Virus record (IMG/VR): IMGVR_UViG_3300034082_004192
Coordinates: 1-64,000 of that record
Source of the DNA: an uncultured virus (IMG/VR IMGVR_UViG_3300034082_004192)
Lineage: Duplodnaviria > Heunggongvirae > Uroviricota > Caudoviricetes
Reading direction: 5' to 3' (one strand)
Length of the DNA: 64,000 nt
Shown here: positions 1-10,072 of the stretch, in pieces
Position numbering within the stretch: the stretch's first letter is position 1
How the letters are laid out: each line of letters starts with the position of its first letter
Notes under the pieces: model-generated
The model's input: the letters and a program-made list of their open reading frames with translations, nothing else
Told to the model about the DNA's origin: nothing
The model's database searches: none
Program-made: the position numbers and the translations under genes

Positions 1-328
1 GGATTTCGTTCAATCTGATTTGTGGGTGTGCAGCTAATTCAACTGTAGGAACGAGAAGCTCTTCAGCCTCAACCTCAGCTGTTGGAACAGCACCACGCTT
101 AGGAATGACGTATGACTTTACAGCAACGTCTCTTTCGTAGCGAGCAAGAGCACCTTGTGGGAGCTCATCAACCATCAAAAGCTTGCGCCCGATGGCTTGG
201 TACATGAGGGAAGTCTTGATTGGCTCAACCATTGCTTGTGCAAGAGCTGTGCGTCCCTCTGGAGTCTCGAGAGCCATTGCAATAATGGATTCTCTTTGCT
301 CATTTGTGTTTCTCTTAATCATTGACAT
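1..328 (-). CDS. Major capsid protein, N-terminal part (runs off the window)
   Basis: Not in the ORF track. Manual translation from ATG 328 (SD AAAGGAG): MSMIKRNTNEQRESIIAMALETPEGRTALAQAMVEPIKTSLMYQAIGRKLLMVDELPQGALARYERDV..., resembling HK97-fold capsids of large myoviruses; lies after portal-protease-scaffold-decoration genes. Confidence 0.85.
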   Translation of the reverse strand, partial: MSMIKRNTNEQRESIIAMALETPEGRTALAQAMVEPIKTSLMYQAIGRKLLMVDELPQGALARYERDVAVKSYVIPKRGAVPTAEVEAEELLVPTVELAAHPQIRLNEI

Positions 329-361
329 TTGAATAATTCTCCTTTAAAAATTCTTTACCGA

Positions 362-1012
362 TTAGATGCCGTTAAGTTGGGTGAAGTAAAGAAGGCCAGC
401 AGCAGAGTCATAAGAATCAACTCTACCAACAATAACGCCGTCTGTACCAGCTGTACTCAACTTTACAAGCTTACCAGCATTGGCAGAAGCACCTGCAACA
501 GTAAGAAGATCACCAGCAGTAGGGGTCCATGCAGCACCGTCAGTTGTGACGTTAGTTGATGCAGTAGCTGCAAATCTATCAGTAATAAATTGTGCACCTG
601 GGGTGTTGAAAACTCCAACACCTCTTCTTGGGCCTTCATATCCTGAAGAACCAGCTGTAGGGTTAGTAACACCATTGACGTTTTCAGCTAAGAAGTCGCC
701 AATAGCTCTCTTTGAAACAACGTAGAAACCGTTGTTATTTGCTTGAAGAACACCACTTGAATCGGTGTATGAAGCACCAACTGGATCAGCAAGGATCATA
801 GTGTTGCCAGTTCTTGCAGTATCATCTGCAGAGAATCCAACGAATCTACCAAGTTGTTGTGAAAGTGTGGTAAAACCAGTAGCCGCTCTAAAAGCAGCAG
901 AAACTGTTCCATCAGCGGTGCTGATCATAAGAGCATCACCAGCAAGGAATGAAGCAGAAGCAGCTGTGTTGTAGTTAGCAACTACGAGTGTGTTTAATGC
1001 ACGAATAGCCAT
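362..1012 (-). CDS. Probable capsid decoration/minor head protein
   Basis: Ala/Gly/Thr-rich 216 aa, SD AGGAG, immediately upstream of the capsid gene. Confidence 0.6.
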   Translation of the reverse strand: MAIRALNTLVVANYNTAASASFLAGDALMISTADGTVSAAFRAATGFTTLSQQLGRFVGFSADDTARTGNTMILADPVGASYTDSSGVLQANNNGFYVVSKRAIGDFLAENVNGVTNPTAGSSGYEGPRRGVGVFNTPGAQFITDRFAATASTNVTTDGAAWTPTAGDLLTVAGASANAGKLVKLSTAGTDGVIVGRVDSYDSAAGLLYFTQLNGI

Positions 1013-1044
1013 TTTATATTTCTCCTAATTATTTGTTGAGGAAA

Positions 1045-2709
1045 TTATCCCTCGATTTTTGGCATTGTAAAAGCGCCTTTGAGAGCACTTTGGATGTCAA
1101 GAGCTGCACTATTGGTGTTTACACCACTAAATGCAGGAGATGTAGATACGCCTAATGTAGAAGCGGTTCTAGTACTCATTCTTTCGGCAGCAGCAGCTGC
1201 AACTCTTTCAGTTGAAGATTGTGCTGACTTAAGTAAGAGTTTGGTTTGTCTGATCATTGAATCAGCTTTAAGACCATCATTAATCATTTGTTCTGCATAT
1301 GAATCAACTTCTTCGGAAGTAATAATTCCTGCTAATGCTAATTTTGTAGCACAGCTATAAGAAGTTTTGACTCTTGCAAGATCAACTGCAGCAGACTTGT
1401 CCATCTCAACTTGAGTGTAAGCGTCTTGCAATTGTTGTTGAGTATTATTGATTTTCTTTTGAGTATTGACATGATTTTCAGTGTCAACATTTTGTGCTTC
1501 AACTTCTTTGTCCTTGGAGCCAGCGTTTGATGAGCAATCTTTATTTGCACAACGAGTTGCTTCATCATTCATTTCTGCTTCAGACAGTCTCATCGATGCA
1601 CCACAAGAAGTGCATTCACAATCATGCTTTGCTTCTTCATCTCTGGATGCACCAACAGTTCTAGTGGTCTTATGTGGCATTGAAGGCATTTGAGTTGGGA
1701 TGTGAGGATGATCAACATCCAAACCTTCAGATGGTGTTTCCAAATGATCCCAATCAACTGTATACTCTAATGAACCATCTCCAGAACCTTCAAGTTTTGA
1801 AGGCTTTGTAACTGTTGGAAATTGTAAAGAAGTTGGGTTGTTGGTAGGAACATGTTGATCTGCCCAAGTTGGGTTCTCTTCTTTTTGTGAATTCTCACCA
1901 GGCATTGTCATGCTTGGATATTCAATTTCACCCTTCATATCAACCATATCTTCGTTATACTTAAATGAGGCTGACGCTGGATAAGTCTCTTCTTCAGAAG
2001 CAATCTTCATGAGAATTTCTTCTCTTTCAGCTCTTCTCAATAGAGCTTCTCTCTGTGCCTTGCGCTCAGCCAATGCTTGTTTAGTCATTGATCTAACCTC
2101 GTTGCTTTTTTTCATAAATTGGTTTTCATTGTCTTCTTCATCATCTGATTCATCTTCAGAATCCATATCATCATCATCGTTAAAATGAGTGACATCTTCA
2201 TCATCATCTTCATCAGAATCAACATCTCCGCCAAGAAGATTATCTAGCGCCTCTTGCACAGCTTTTTGTGCTTGGTCAACCATATCAGCGGGAACTTCAA
2301 TCTCAAAAGTGGCGACATCATCACTATCTTCTACTTCGTCTTCGTCGTCCATATCTTCATCAGACATGTCATCATCATCTACATCTTCTGAATCTTCATC
2401 ACTCTCAAAGTGATGAAATTCCATATCATCTTCATCATCTTCAGATTCATCGTTTGCGAAGTCAACAGTCTCTTTGCCCTCATCAAGGTCCAAACTTGAA
2501 ACAACAATACCAGCTTGCTTTGCAATATTTGGAAGATATTTTGCTCTGATAGCATGGGCTACAACAATTGCCTCATCTTTTTCAAGTGAAGCTGTTTTTT
2601 CCATATCAGAAGCGCAATTTTTTAAATCTTCCTTATCAGTTGCATTGATTTCAGCTAATCTCATTGCTGCAAATCTCTCCTGATTGGCTCTATTCGAATT
2701 TTTATTCAT
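1045..2709 (-). CDS. Probable scaffold/core protein
   Basis: Very acidic D/E tracts, coiled-coil segments, CxCxxC...CxxxxC motif, located between protease and capsid genes. Confidence 0.55.
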   Translation of the reverse strand: MNKNSNRANQERFAAMRLAEINATDKEDLKNCASDMEKTASLEKDEAIVVAHAIRAKYLPNIAKQAGIVVSSLDLDEGKETVDFANDESEDDEDDMEFHHFESDEDSEDVDDDDMSDEDMDDEDEVEDSDDVATFEIEVPADMVDQAQKAVQEALDNLLGGDVDSDEDDDEDVTHFNDDDDMDSEDESDDEEDNENQFMKKSNEVRSMTKQALAERKAQREALLRRAEREEILMKIASEEETYPASASFKYNEDMVDMKGEIEYPSMTMPGENSQKEENPTWADQHVPTNNPTSLQFPTVTKPSKLEGSGDGSLEYTVDWDHLETPSEGLDVDHPHIPTQMPSMPHKTTRTVGASRDEEAKHDCECTSCGASMRLSEAEMNDEATRCANKDCSSNAGSKDKEVEAQNVDTENHVNTQKKINNTQQQLQDAYTQVEMDKSAAVDLARVKTSYSCATKLALAGIITSEEVDSYAEQMINDGLKADSMIRQTKLLLKSAQSSTERVAAAAAERMSTRTASTLGVSTSPAFSGVNTNSAALDIQSALKGAFTMPKIEG

Positions 2710-2789
2710 TTTTATGCTGCTTCCCTTAATAAAATAAAATCTTTTATCAAAGAATCTATAAATTAGTTATTTATAAACTTTTTTTAAAC

Positions 2790-2815
2790 TTCTAGATAAC
2801 TTGTTTTTACACCTT
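2790..2815 (-). promoter_or_regulatory. Putative late promoter AAGG-N18-AGAA
   Basis: AAGG tgtaaaaacaagttatct AGAA upstream of the scaffold gene; same spacing at other sites. Confidence 0.65.
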
Positions 2816-2819
2816 TTTT

Positions 2820-2860
2820 AAAGAAAATAGTGAGAGAGCAAATCTCTCACTATTTTCTTT
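2820..2860. terminator. Intrinsic terminator after protease gene
   Basis: Inverted repeat aaagaaaatagtgagaga-gcaaa-tctctcactattttcttt. Confidence 0.8.
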
Positions 2861-2864
2861 ATGA

Positions 2865-5800
2865 TTAATCAATCCATGTGATAGAAACATCAAGCTTTGA
2901 TGGATCTTTTCTGGATGCATGTACACTAGTTCTAGAGTAATTTCCACACTTATAACAGAATGTATTATTCTTTACCTTATGAGCTTCTCTATTTCCACAT
3001 GATGGGCAAACCATACCAATAGGAAGCATAGAAACTGCAGTCTTATCAAAGTTTGGTAGTGCAGTTTTGAGGTATATATCAGAATCAACTGTGGCAGATA
3101 ATCTGACCATAGTTTTGATTTCAGATGCTACAGGACCCATGCCTGGAGCTGCTGGAGAAGGTGTAGGAGTTTCAGTTGGAGCAGTAGCAGCTCCAAGACC
3201 CATATCTGGGCCTAATCCCATAGGTTCTTCTTCCATTGATGACTTACCCTTATCTCCCATTGAAATTAATTCAATTTGTTGAAGAATTTTGTAAGTTGTT
3301 CCACAGCTTTGACAGTCTGCATTTGATTCAGAAATGTTTACATCGTCTGCTCCACAAACAGGACAAACGCTTCCCCATGGTTTCTTTTCACCTGGCTCAG
3401 CAATAGCATCCATATCTTCAGATGCGTTCATATCTGTTCCACCAGTCAATGAAGAAATTCCTAAATCACCACCACCAGGAGCGCCAGCACCCATACCTGG
3501 ATCAACAGGACCTGCAGCAGGACCGGCTGGAGCAGGAGCACCCATACCTGGGGCAACTTGTGCATATTTTGATAGAATAGAGTCTCTACGATTCTTTCTA
3601 GCAAGTCTAGCACCTTCGGTCATAATTACAGGCATTTCTTCTGTAATTTCGGCATTCATTTCGCCATCTGCTTCATCTGTCTTGAAAGTCTTTGAAGATG
3701 ATGTTGATACTGTTGCAGTTACATCACCATTTTCTGATACAATTAAGTCAGTGAAAGAGAAAGTACCTGGATCTACTTGGAAGCCATGTCCTTGAAGAAC
3801 TTCAATTGCTTTTTGCTTGAATGAATCATCAAAGTTGCTGTCACTAGGTTGCATACCATCTAAGTCTTCAGATCTACAGATAAATCTGATGCAATCTGAC
3901 TTGCTTTGGGTAACAGTCATACCAGCTGTTCTTTCAGAAGCAATTACAGCTTTTGCAACTAATTTTTCTGCAACTTCAAATTCTTCACAAAGTCTCTTTG
4001 CAGCCTTAGCAATTCTTCTTGTGCTGATGCCAAAGTTTGTTGAGTAGTCTGCCAACCATCCAACAACATTATCAGAAATATTCTTTGTTGAAGCAGTCTT
4101 TACGCCCCAGAATTCTCTTCTTGCTCTAGCTCTTAATCTGCCATCAGTTGCAGTTGCAGTTTTAGCTCTATCAATAGCAGCCATCAATTGTTTTTCTGGC
4201 ATTGCTTCAACAGAATCAACTACTTCATCAGGAGTTGTTCCAGTTTCTTTTGATGACATTGCCATTGCAGAAATTGCAGACTTAAGATCATCTTTTGAAA
4301 TAAGATCAGCATCAGCATCTACAGCTGACATTAAAGCAGACTTAAGTTCTTCATTTTTAGAAGGAGCAGTCTCTACGTCTAGTCCTTCTTCAGGAACAGA
4401 AGCTTGTCCCATAAGAAGTTCAGCAATTCTTGAAACACCTTCTTTGGTCATCTCGCCTTCTTCAACGGCAACTGAAAGTGCATCAGCAAGATCTTGAGCT
4501 GTTACTTCTGAAGTAACAGCTGCACCTAATTGCTTGAGAATTGCAGATACAGAATTTTCTGGTTCAGCATTGCCACCAAAGAAATCAACCTTTTCTGCTT
4601 TATCTGCTTCCATATCAGTTCCAGCAGCAGCAGTTCCAATCATTTCAGGAAGCATTGGTTCTTCAGCTAATGTTTGCGCAACTCTAACAATTGTCTTAGG
4701 AGTTTCAAGCGATGAAATTACAGCCTTGCCCAAGGCATTGATTGTAGCAGCCATAATTTCGTGAGCACTTGCAGAGCCCTCTGTACGGCAGCAAGCTAAT
4801 TGTTTTTCTAAAACTTCAGTTGGAACACCATGAGTTACTTCATCTACCAATTCAGTTAAGGACTTGCAAACTTCTTCATCCTTGACTCTTCTGCCATAAA
4901 GTCCAGCATCTCCAAGAAGAATTTCCTTGACTGCATCTTGGCTTGCACCTGTTTGTTTTGATTTAAGAGTAAGTTCACGAACTTGATTGATAACACCAGT
5001 ATTCTTGCTCTTAACGCCATCAACCAAGTTATCATATGACTCACCACTTCTAACTTCATCAAGTTGTCTTTCTCTTTCATCAAGTCTTTCTTTGACATCA
5101 AGTAAAGCAGTCTTGACAAATTGTGAGTAGTCCTTGAGTAAATCAGCAGCAACTCTTGTTCCTTGTCCATTTTCCATTAAACCAATTTGGTTTTCATTAA
5201 GGATAGGTTCCCAAGCAGTTCTTTTTCCATTTGTGTAACCTGTAATCGAACCATCAGTAGAAAGAACAACTCTATTACCTGCATTATCCTCGACTTTAAA
5301 ATCGATTGTAACTGCAGCAGCAAGTTTTTTTCTTTGCTCTGATGCAATCTTTGCAAAGTGATCCATTTGATTTCTGCTCCCCGCCACGAAAGGCGTATTT
5401 GTTTTTATATTTTTGCTTCTTTCATTAGCAACCCTAATGACATTATCAATACTTTTTTGAATTTCTGAATTGTCACTTAAATTATTTTTCAAATTTAATA
5501 TGCTTTGAGATAAATTCAAAATTTTATTGGAAGATGAACTGCTTTGAGTACTAGCAAAAACTTCTCTTTTACCATCTCTTGAAGCCCATACCAAATTGTG
5601 CGAGCTAGAGGCTAATGCAACTCCGCCTCCAACCTGACTATCTTGATCTTCAGAATAAGTAAGATCCATTACTTTTCCAACAGATTCAGTTGGTGCATAA
5701 TTTGCCAAACCAACATTGGCATTCATCGGAGAAGCTTGTGGGGCTTGTCCTTGTTGTAAATTTTGAGGTTGATTTATTTGTTGAGGTCTTTGACCACTAC

Positions 5801-7001
5801 CAACATCAACACCGTCGTCAATCATGTCTTGCATTGTTGATTGAAGTTCAGCCATTGATTTTGTAACTTTGCCAACATGTCCAAGATCTACATTGTCTTT
5901 TCGGGCAAACATATTCATAACTGCTACTTCAAGGAAGTTTAGTGATAAATTGATCAAGTCCAAGATATTAAGGCCAGATCTTGGATCAATACCTAATGCG
6001 CCAAGAACAGCTGCAACAGTAGAATTCTGATTTGCACCCTGCCCTGCTAGTAAAGGCCCACCAACTAATGTCCCAGCTTGTTGAGCTAGTCTTACTGCTG
6101 TTTTGGCAGTTGCATTTGCAACTCTTAGACAATTTTCATATTCAGGTCTTGAGATATTGTCATGTGGAGCACCTTGAAGAGCCAATACAATATTTGAAGA
6201 AATTTCATTTGCTTTTTTCTCTAAATTTGTCGCTGCATCAAGAACGTCATCTACATCATATATTTCTTGAATTTCACAAGATTCAAAAGCACCATCACCA
6301 ACACAAGAAAGCTCAATGAACTTTACTCCGTAGTTTTTCTCATATGCTTTTTTGCCTGATTCAGGGTAAATTTTCCCTTTATATTTTTTGAGGTGTTCAC
6401 AATAATCTCTTTCGGTATAGGCTTTATTTCCACAAACCGAACAAACGCCCCATTCAACACTTGCTCCCATAGAAACGTCATGGATTACACCAGTGCGGAT
6501 ATTTCTAGCAATATCTGGATAAGCTTCTTCATCTACAAAGAAAGTACAATACACACAGTCTTCTTTTTCGTCCCACTCTGCATATACAACCATTCCTTTT
6601 GCTTGCTCGATATCATCATTCTTGTGGTTTGTATAGATAGGAACGCCTTCAAAAGTTTTGTAGGCTGGAATTTTCTTGCCTTTAATTTCAGTTTCTTTGA
6701 GTAATTCTTCTTTGGAAAATAAGTCACCATTTGCATTTACTACGTCAGCATCTATGGCTCTAGCTCTTACCCATAGCAATTTAGCACCTTTACGTGCTTG
6801 CATTTCTCTGACAATATCGAAATCTTTGTATTTTTCTAGGACTTCTTTTGGATCTGCATAGAGAGATTGAAGACCGATTTTTGCTGCCTCTCTCATATTT
6901 GAAGAAGCAGTCTTGATAATATAATCTCTAGCTATATTTCGGTCATTTTCGTTGAGGAAACTATTTATTGTTATAGCTCCACCTTTTGCAACCTTGTACA
7001 T
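2865..7001 (-). CDS. Prohead maturation protease with long C-terminal scaffold-like region and zinc ribbons
   Basis: N-terminal motifs NANGDLFSKEEL, PIYTNH, DVSMG, CSVCGN..CEHL, FIELSCVGDGA; C-terminal CPVC/CQSC and CPSC/CYKC pairs; follows the portal. Confidence 0.8.
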   Translation of the reverse strand: MYKVAKGGAITINSFLNENDRNIARDYIIKTASSNMREAAKIGLQSLYADPKEVLEKYKDFDIVREMQARKGAKLLWVRARAIDADVVNANGDLFSKEELLKETEIKGKKIPAYKTFEGVPIYTNHKNDDIEQAKGMVVYAEWDEKEDCVYCTFFVDEEAYPDIARNIRTGVIHDVSMGASVEWGVCSVCGNKAYTERDYCEHLKKYKGKIYPESGKKAYEKNYGVKFIELSCVGDGAFESCEIQEIYDVDDVLDAATNLEKKANEISSNIVLALQGAPHDNISRPEYENCLRVANATAKTAVRLAQQAGTLVGGPLLAGQGANQNSTVAAVLGALGIDPRSGLNILDLINLSLNFLEVAVMNMFARKDNVDLGHVGKVTKSMAELQSTMQDMIDDGVDVGSGQRPQQINQPQNLQQGQAPQASPMNANVGLANYAPTESVGKVMDLTYSEDQDSQVGGGVALASSSHNLVWASRDGKREVFASTQSSSSSNKILNLSQSILNLKNNLSDNSEIQKSIDNVIRVANERSKNIKTNTPFVAGSRNQMDHFAKIASEQRKKLAAAVTIDFKVEDNAGNRVVLSTDGSITGYTNGKRTAWEPILNENQIGLMENGQGTRVAADLLKDYSQFVKTALLDVKERLDERERQLDEVRSGESYDNLVDGVKSKNTGVINQVRELTLKSKQTGASQDAVKEILLGDAGLYGRRVKDEEVCKSLTELVDEVTHGVPTEVLEKQLACCRTEGSASAHEIMAATINALGKAVISSLETPKTIVRVAQTLAEEPMLPEMIGTAAAGTDMEADKAEKVDFFGGNAEPENSVSAILKQLGAAVTSEVTAQDLADALSVAVEEGEMTKEGVSRIAELLMGQASVPEEGLDVETAPSKNEELKSALMSAVDADADLISKDDLKSAISAMAMSSKETGTTPDEVVDSVEAMPEKQLMAAIDRAKTATATDGRLRARARREFWGVKTASTKNISDNVVGWLADYSTNFGISTRRIAKAAKRLCEEFEVAEKLVAKAVIASERTAGMTVTQSKSDCIRFICRSEDLDGMQPSDSNFDDSFKQKAIEVLQGHGFQVDPGTFSFTDLIVSENGDVTATVSTSSSKTFKTDEADGEMNAEITEEMPVIMTEGARLARKNRRDSILSKYAQVAPGMGAPAPAGPAAGPVDPGMGAGAPGGGDLGISSLTGGTDMNASEDMDAIAEPGEKKPWGSVCPVCGADDVNISESNADCQSCGTTYKILQQIELISMGDKGKSSMEEEPMGLGPDMGLGAATAPTETPTPSPAAPGMGPVASEIKTMVRLSATVDSDIYLKTALPNFDKTAVSMLPIGMVCPSCGNREAHKVKNNTFCYKCGNYSRTSVHASRKDPSKLDVSITWID

Positions 7002-7041
7002 ATATTCAATCCTTAAAAAATAAAGTTATCAATAGGATTTG

Positions 7042-7067
7042 TTCTATTTTTGACCTATTAAGACCTG
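7042..7067 (-). promoter_or_regulatory. Putative late promoter CAGG-N18-AGAA
   Basis: CAGG tcttaataggtcaaaaat AGAA upstream of the protease gene. Confidence 0.6.
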
Positions 7068-7074
7068 TAAAATT

Positions 7075-7100
7075 TAAACCCGTCGAAATCGACGGGTTTA
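7075..7100. terminator. Hairpin/terminator after portal gene
   Basis: taaacccgtcga-aa-tcgacgggttta. Confidence 0.7.
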
Positions 7101-7126
7101 TTGTACAGTGACAAACTATTCTATAA

Positions 7127-9496
7127 TTATAGATATTCCGAATTACCCTCTCCCATACCTGTTCTTCGCTTAATTACTTTAATTAACACGTTTAAACAAT
7201 CTTGAGGATGATCATTCAATTCTTTATCTGTAAATCTGATGATAATCCAGCCATTTGCAGCCAATTCAGAATCTCTACGTTTATCTTTTGCAATTTTGTC
7301 TGGGTTATTATGCCAAATTTCACCATCTGCCTCAATTCCAAGTTTCAAGTTTGGAATAGCTGCATCTAGTTGATAATCCATTGTAGGACCAGCAGAATAT
7401 TGTGCATATAAGGGAAAAGGCATGTTTAAAGACATCATCAGTCCATAAAGTTTCTTTTCAAGATTAGTAAACATTTTTGGTTGCTGAGAAACATCTACTT
7501 TCTTTTTTGCATATTTTTTTATTGAATCGTTTTCGTTGCTGGCAAATTGATAAATCTCTTCTAGAGCATAATTATTTAATGGATGAGAATTATCACCACC
7601 CATAATTGGTATATACAAAGTGCCGAATAATCCATCATATTCATCTGGTAAAGGACCTAATGATCCTCTGCCTGTTACTGGAGTTAATGATTTCAAGAAA
7701 CCTTCATGGGCTGCAGATTTGATTTTCTTGCTAGCAGTTCTTACGCCTGAATTTTTTGCCTCTATTCTTTCAGTGTAAATTTCATTAATTGTAGAACTAG
7801 CAACTTTGTAGAACTTATTCATTACAGAAGCTGTAGGTGCAGCTCCTGGAGCGGCAGGTGCAGGAGGTGGAGCACCACCAGCAGGAGGCGTACCACCAAC
7901 TGAAAGATCAGCAGGAGGTGGCATTCCTTCAATACCAGCAGATGCATTGGGTGTTGCTGCTCCAAAACCTTGCCCAGTAACACCACCACTCTGAAAACTT
8001 AATGAAACATTAGGAGTACCAAAAGATTGATCATTTACAAAGTTTGCACCTTGTTCAAATCTAAGTCTTTCAATTTCTTGATCAGAGTCAAGCCCGAAAG
8101 CTTCAATCAATGAAACGTTGGAAATCACTCCATTTTGATTTGCAGTGACAAGCATTTGCAACTTACCAGTATCATCACGCAATTGCAGATCATCAAATTT
8201 GATTTTTGGATAGACTAATTCGTCTTGTCCTCTCTCGCCTTCAATTACAAAGCCATTCCATTTTGCAACTGGCATGAAAACATTTTGTTCAATCCAATGG
8301 GCTACTTCTCTTCTAAATGTCTCTAATCTTTGAGCCATTGCAAGAAGTCCAACTTGAGCGTTTCCATAAGTTGGGCCCTCACCATTCAACAGAGCTTTGT
8401 TGAGCATAACGCCGTCTAAGATTTCTTGTTCAATAAGTTCAAATTCACCAGTTAGAGGATGAATTTTACCAGTAGCTCCATACCATTCAAGATCAAAATT
8501 GTGGTGAGTAACAAGAGTCAAGTTTGGATCATTGGCAATAGATGCCAATTCATCTTGCACGTTGTCAATATCTTCTTGTGATGCTGGTCTTGTATCACTA
8601 CCAATCTTTACAACCTTGATTGGTAAGATAAGACGTTCTGCAATCATATATTGTGCTTGACGTAATTTATCTTTGTAAGTTAAGATTGGAAATAATGGGC
8701 GAATCATAGAAATTCCATAATCTTCCCATGGGTTTGATCCATACTTAAAATGGTGGATAGAAATAGGATTCAACTTAATTGGATTACCCTGAATAATCAT
8801 CTTTTTGATGTTGTCAGGAATTGAATCGTAAATTTCTTTAGGATTTCTTTCGTTTACAATTCTTATTTCTTCAGCAGATGGTCGATAAGCATAGCTTCCA
8901 GCTTGATCAATCATTCCTGGAGTTTTAATTACAGAATCTGGATTAAGAATTGAAATTGATTTCCAAGTAGCACCATCATGTTGACATTCTTGATTTTTGT
9001 CATCATCCCAGTTAGATCCATGACAATGTGGGCAGTCCAATGAAAGGAGCACAAAAGAATCACCTAATAAGTGATATGTTTTGGAAATTTCTGGCAGCCA
9101 TTTTTGAAAGTTAAGAGATTCTACTAACTTTTCAAAGTAATCTTTTACGTAAGATGAAGAACATTCTAATTTCCATCCAGAGAAAGGATAGTTAGTATAG
9201 AAATTAATGGCTGCAGCAATTTTTGGTTCATTGTTTCTCCACCAGTTTGCCCAAAGATAAACTTCACGTCGAGCATTTGGGATTTGAAACGATGATGGAG
9301 TAAGAAATGGTGAATAGAAGTTAGGAGCTGTAGTAACTGTGTTTATGCTTGCAGTTCTAGTGACGCTTGGTCCTAATCCTAGACCAATTCGACTACTTGC
9401 ATAATTTCTCTCTACAGTAGTTGTGCTTGTTGGTGCTCCTGATACTTGTGTTGCTGCTGTTCTGATAGCAGAAGCCAATGATGTTCTATTTGCCAT
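7127..9496 (-). CDS. Portal protein with C-terminal DUF559/Vsr-like endonuclease domain
   Basis: Portal-like core (EPKIAAAINFY, LNPDSV, NPWEDYGISMIRP, KLRQAQ, VVKIG); C-terminus LEKKLY..QY..YQLDAAIPNLKLGIEADGEIWH..DKRRDSELAANGWIIIRF. Confidence 0.8.
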   Translation of the reverse strand: MANRTSLASAIRTAATQVSGAPTSTTTVERNYASSRIGLGLGPSVTRTASINTVTTAPNFYSPFLTPSSFQIPNARREVYLWANWWRNNEPKIAAAINFYTNYPFSGWKLECSSSYVKDYFEKLVESLNFQKWLPEISKTYHLLGDSFVLLSLDCPHCHGSNWDDDKNQECQHDGATWKSISILNPDSVIKTPGMIDQAGSYAYRPSAEEIRIVNERNPKEIYDSIPDNIKKMIIQGNPIKLNPISIHHFKYGSNPWEDYGISMIRPLFPILTYKDKLRQAQYMIAERLILPIKVVKIGSDTRPASQEDIDNVQDELASIANDPNLTLVTHHNFDLEWYGATGKIHPLTGEFELIEQEILDGVMLNKALLNGEGPTYGNAQVGLLAMAQRLETFRREVAHWIEQNVFMPVAKWNGFVIEGERGQDELVYPKIKFDDLQLRDDTGKLQMLVTANQNGVISNVSLIEAFGLDSDQEIERLRFEQGANFVNDQSFGTPNVSLSFQSGGVTGQGFGAATPNASAGIEGMPPPADLSVGGTPPAGGAPPPAPAAPGAAPTASVMNKFYKVASSTINEIYTERIEAKNSGVRTASKKIKSAAHEGFLKSLTPVTGRGSLGPLPDEYDGLFGTLYIPIMGGDNSHPLNNYALEEIYQFASNENDSIKKYAKKKVDVSQQPKMFTNLEKKLYGLMMSLNMPFPLYAQYSAGPTMDYQLDAAIPNLKLGIEADGEIWHNNPDKIAKDKRRDSELAANGWIIIRFTDKELNDHPQDCLNVLIKVIKRRTGMGEGNSEYL

Positions 9497-9529
9497 AACA
9501 TATATTATACCGTTCTATAAAAATAGAAC

Positions 9530-10072
9530 TTAATACCAAGTTTGATTGGATGGTTTATTACCGAAAAGGATAGGGTCTTGTTTACCTTTTAATGCTTGAT
9601 AATATCCTTCACCATTCTTAAAATGTTGAAAGCTATTTCCTTTTTCAATTGAACCCATACTTTGTGGATCTCTATTATTGTTTTGCTGTCTTGAGCCTTC
9701 CAATTGATCTTCTAATGTTGTGACTTCAGGCGCATCATGATATGGAGAGTGTCTACGAGCTTCTATAGATGCAGATTGAGGGGAAATAATAAATTGTCCA
9801 TTATTATCCATATTCATTCTATGAGGCCGTTGAACCAAGAGATCCCAAATTTCTTTTTGTTGTTCTTGATTCATATTGTAATATTGATCAAGAGTTTTGC
9901 CCATTTTATCTAAAATGCCAGCAAGTTCATCATAAAGTCCTGCAGGCTCATTGTCTACATCATGAATTTCATCTATTTTAGAATTTGATGTTGAATCAAT
10001 AGTGTCAAGAGGCTTTTCTCCTGACAAATTGACGCCACCACCAATTTGGGCTAAAACTTGCTTATACCACAT
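9530..10072 (-). CDS. Hypothetical protein, probably head-associated (MWYKQVLAQ leader)
   Basis: 180-aa ORF in the head operon with the shared leader and an LEDQL motif. Confidence 0.6.
   Translation of the reverse strand: MWYKQVLAQIGGGVNLSGEKPLDTIDSTSNSKIDEIHDVDNEPAGLYDELAGILDKMGKTLDQYYNMNQEQQKEIWDLLVQRPHRMNMDNNGQFIISPQSASIEARRHSPYHDAPEVTTLEDQLEGSRQQNNNRDPQSMGSIEKGNSFQHFKNGEGYYQALKGKQDPILFGNKPSNQTWY

Noticed and set aside
2130..2460. tca/tct-rich repeats
   Set aside because: Simply Asp/Glu codon runs in the acidic scaffold
9512..9540. Late promoter before the portal
   Set aside because: TTGG-N19-AGAA deviates in sequence and spacing; a TATAAT box fits better
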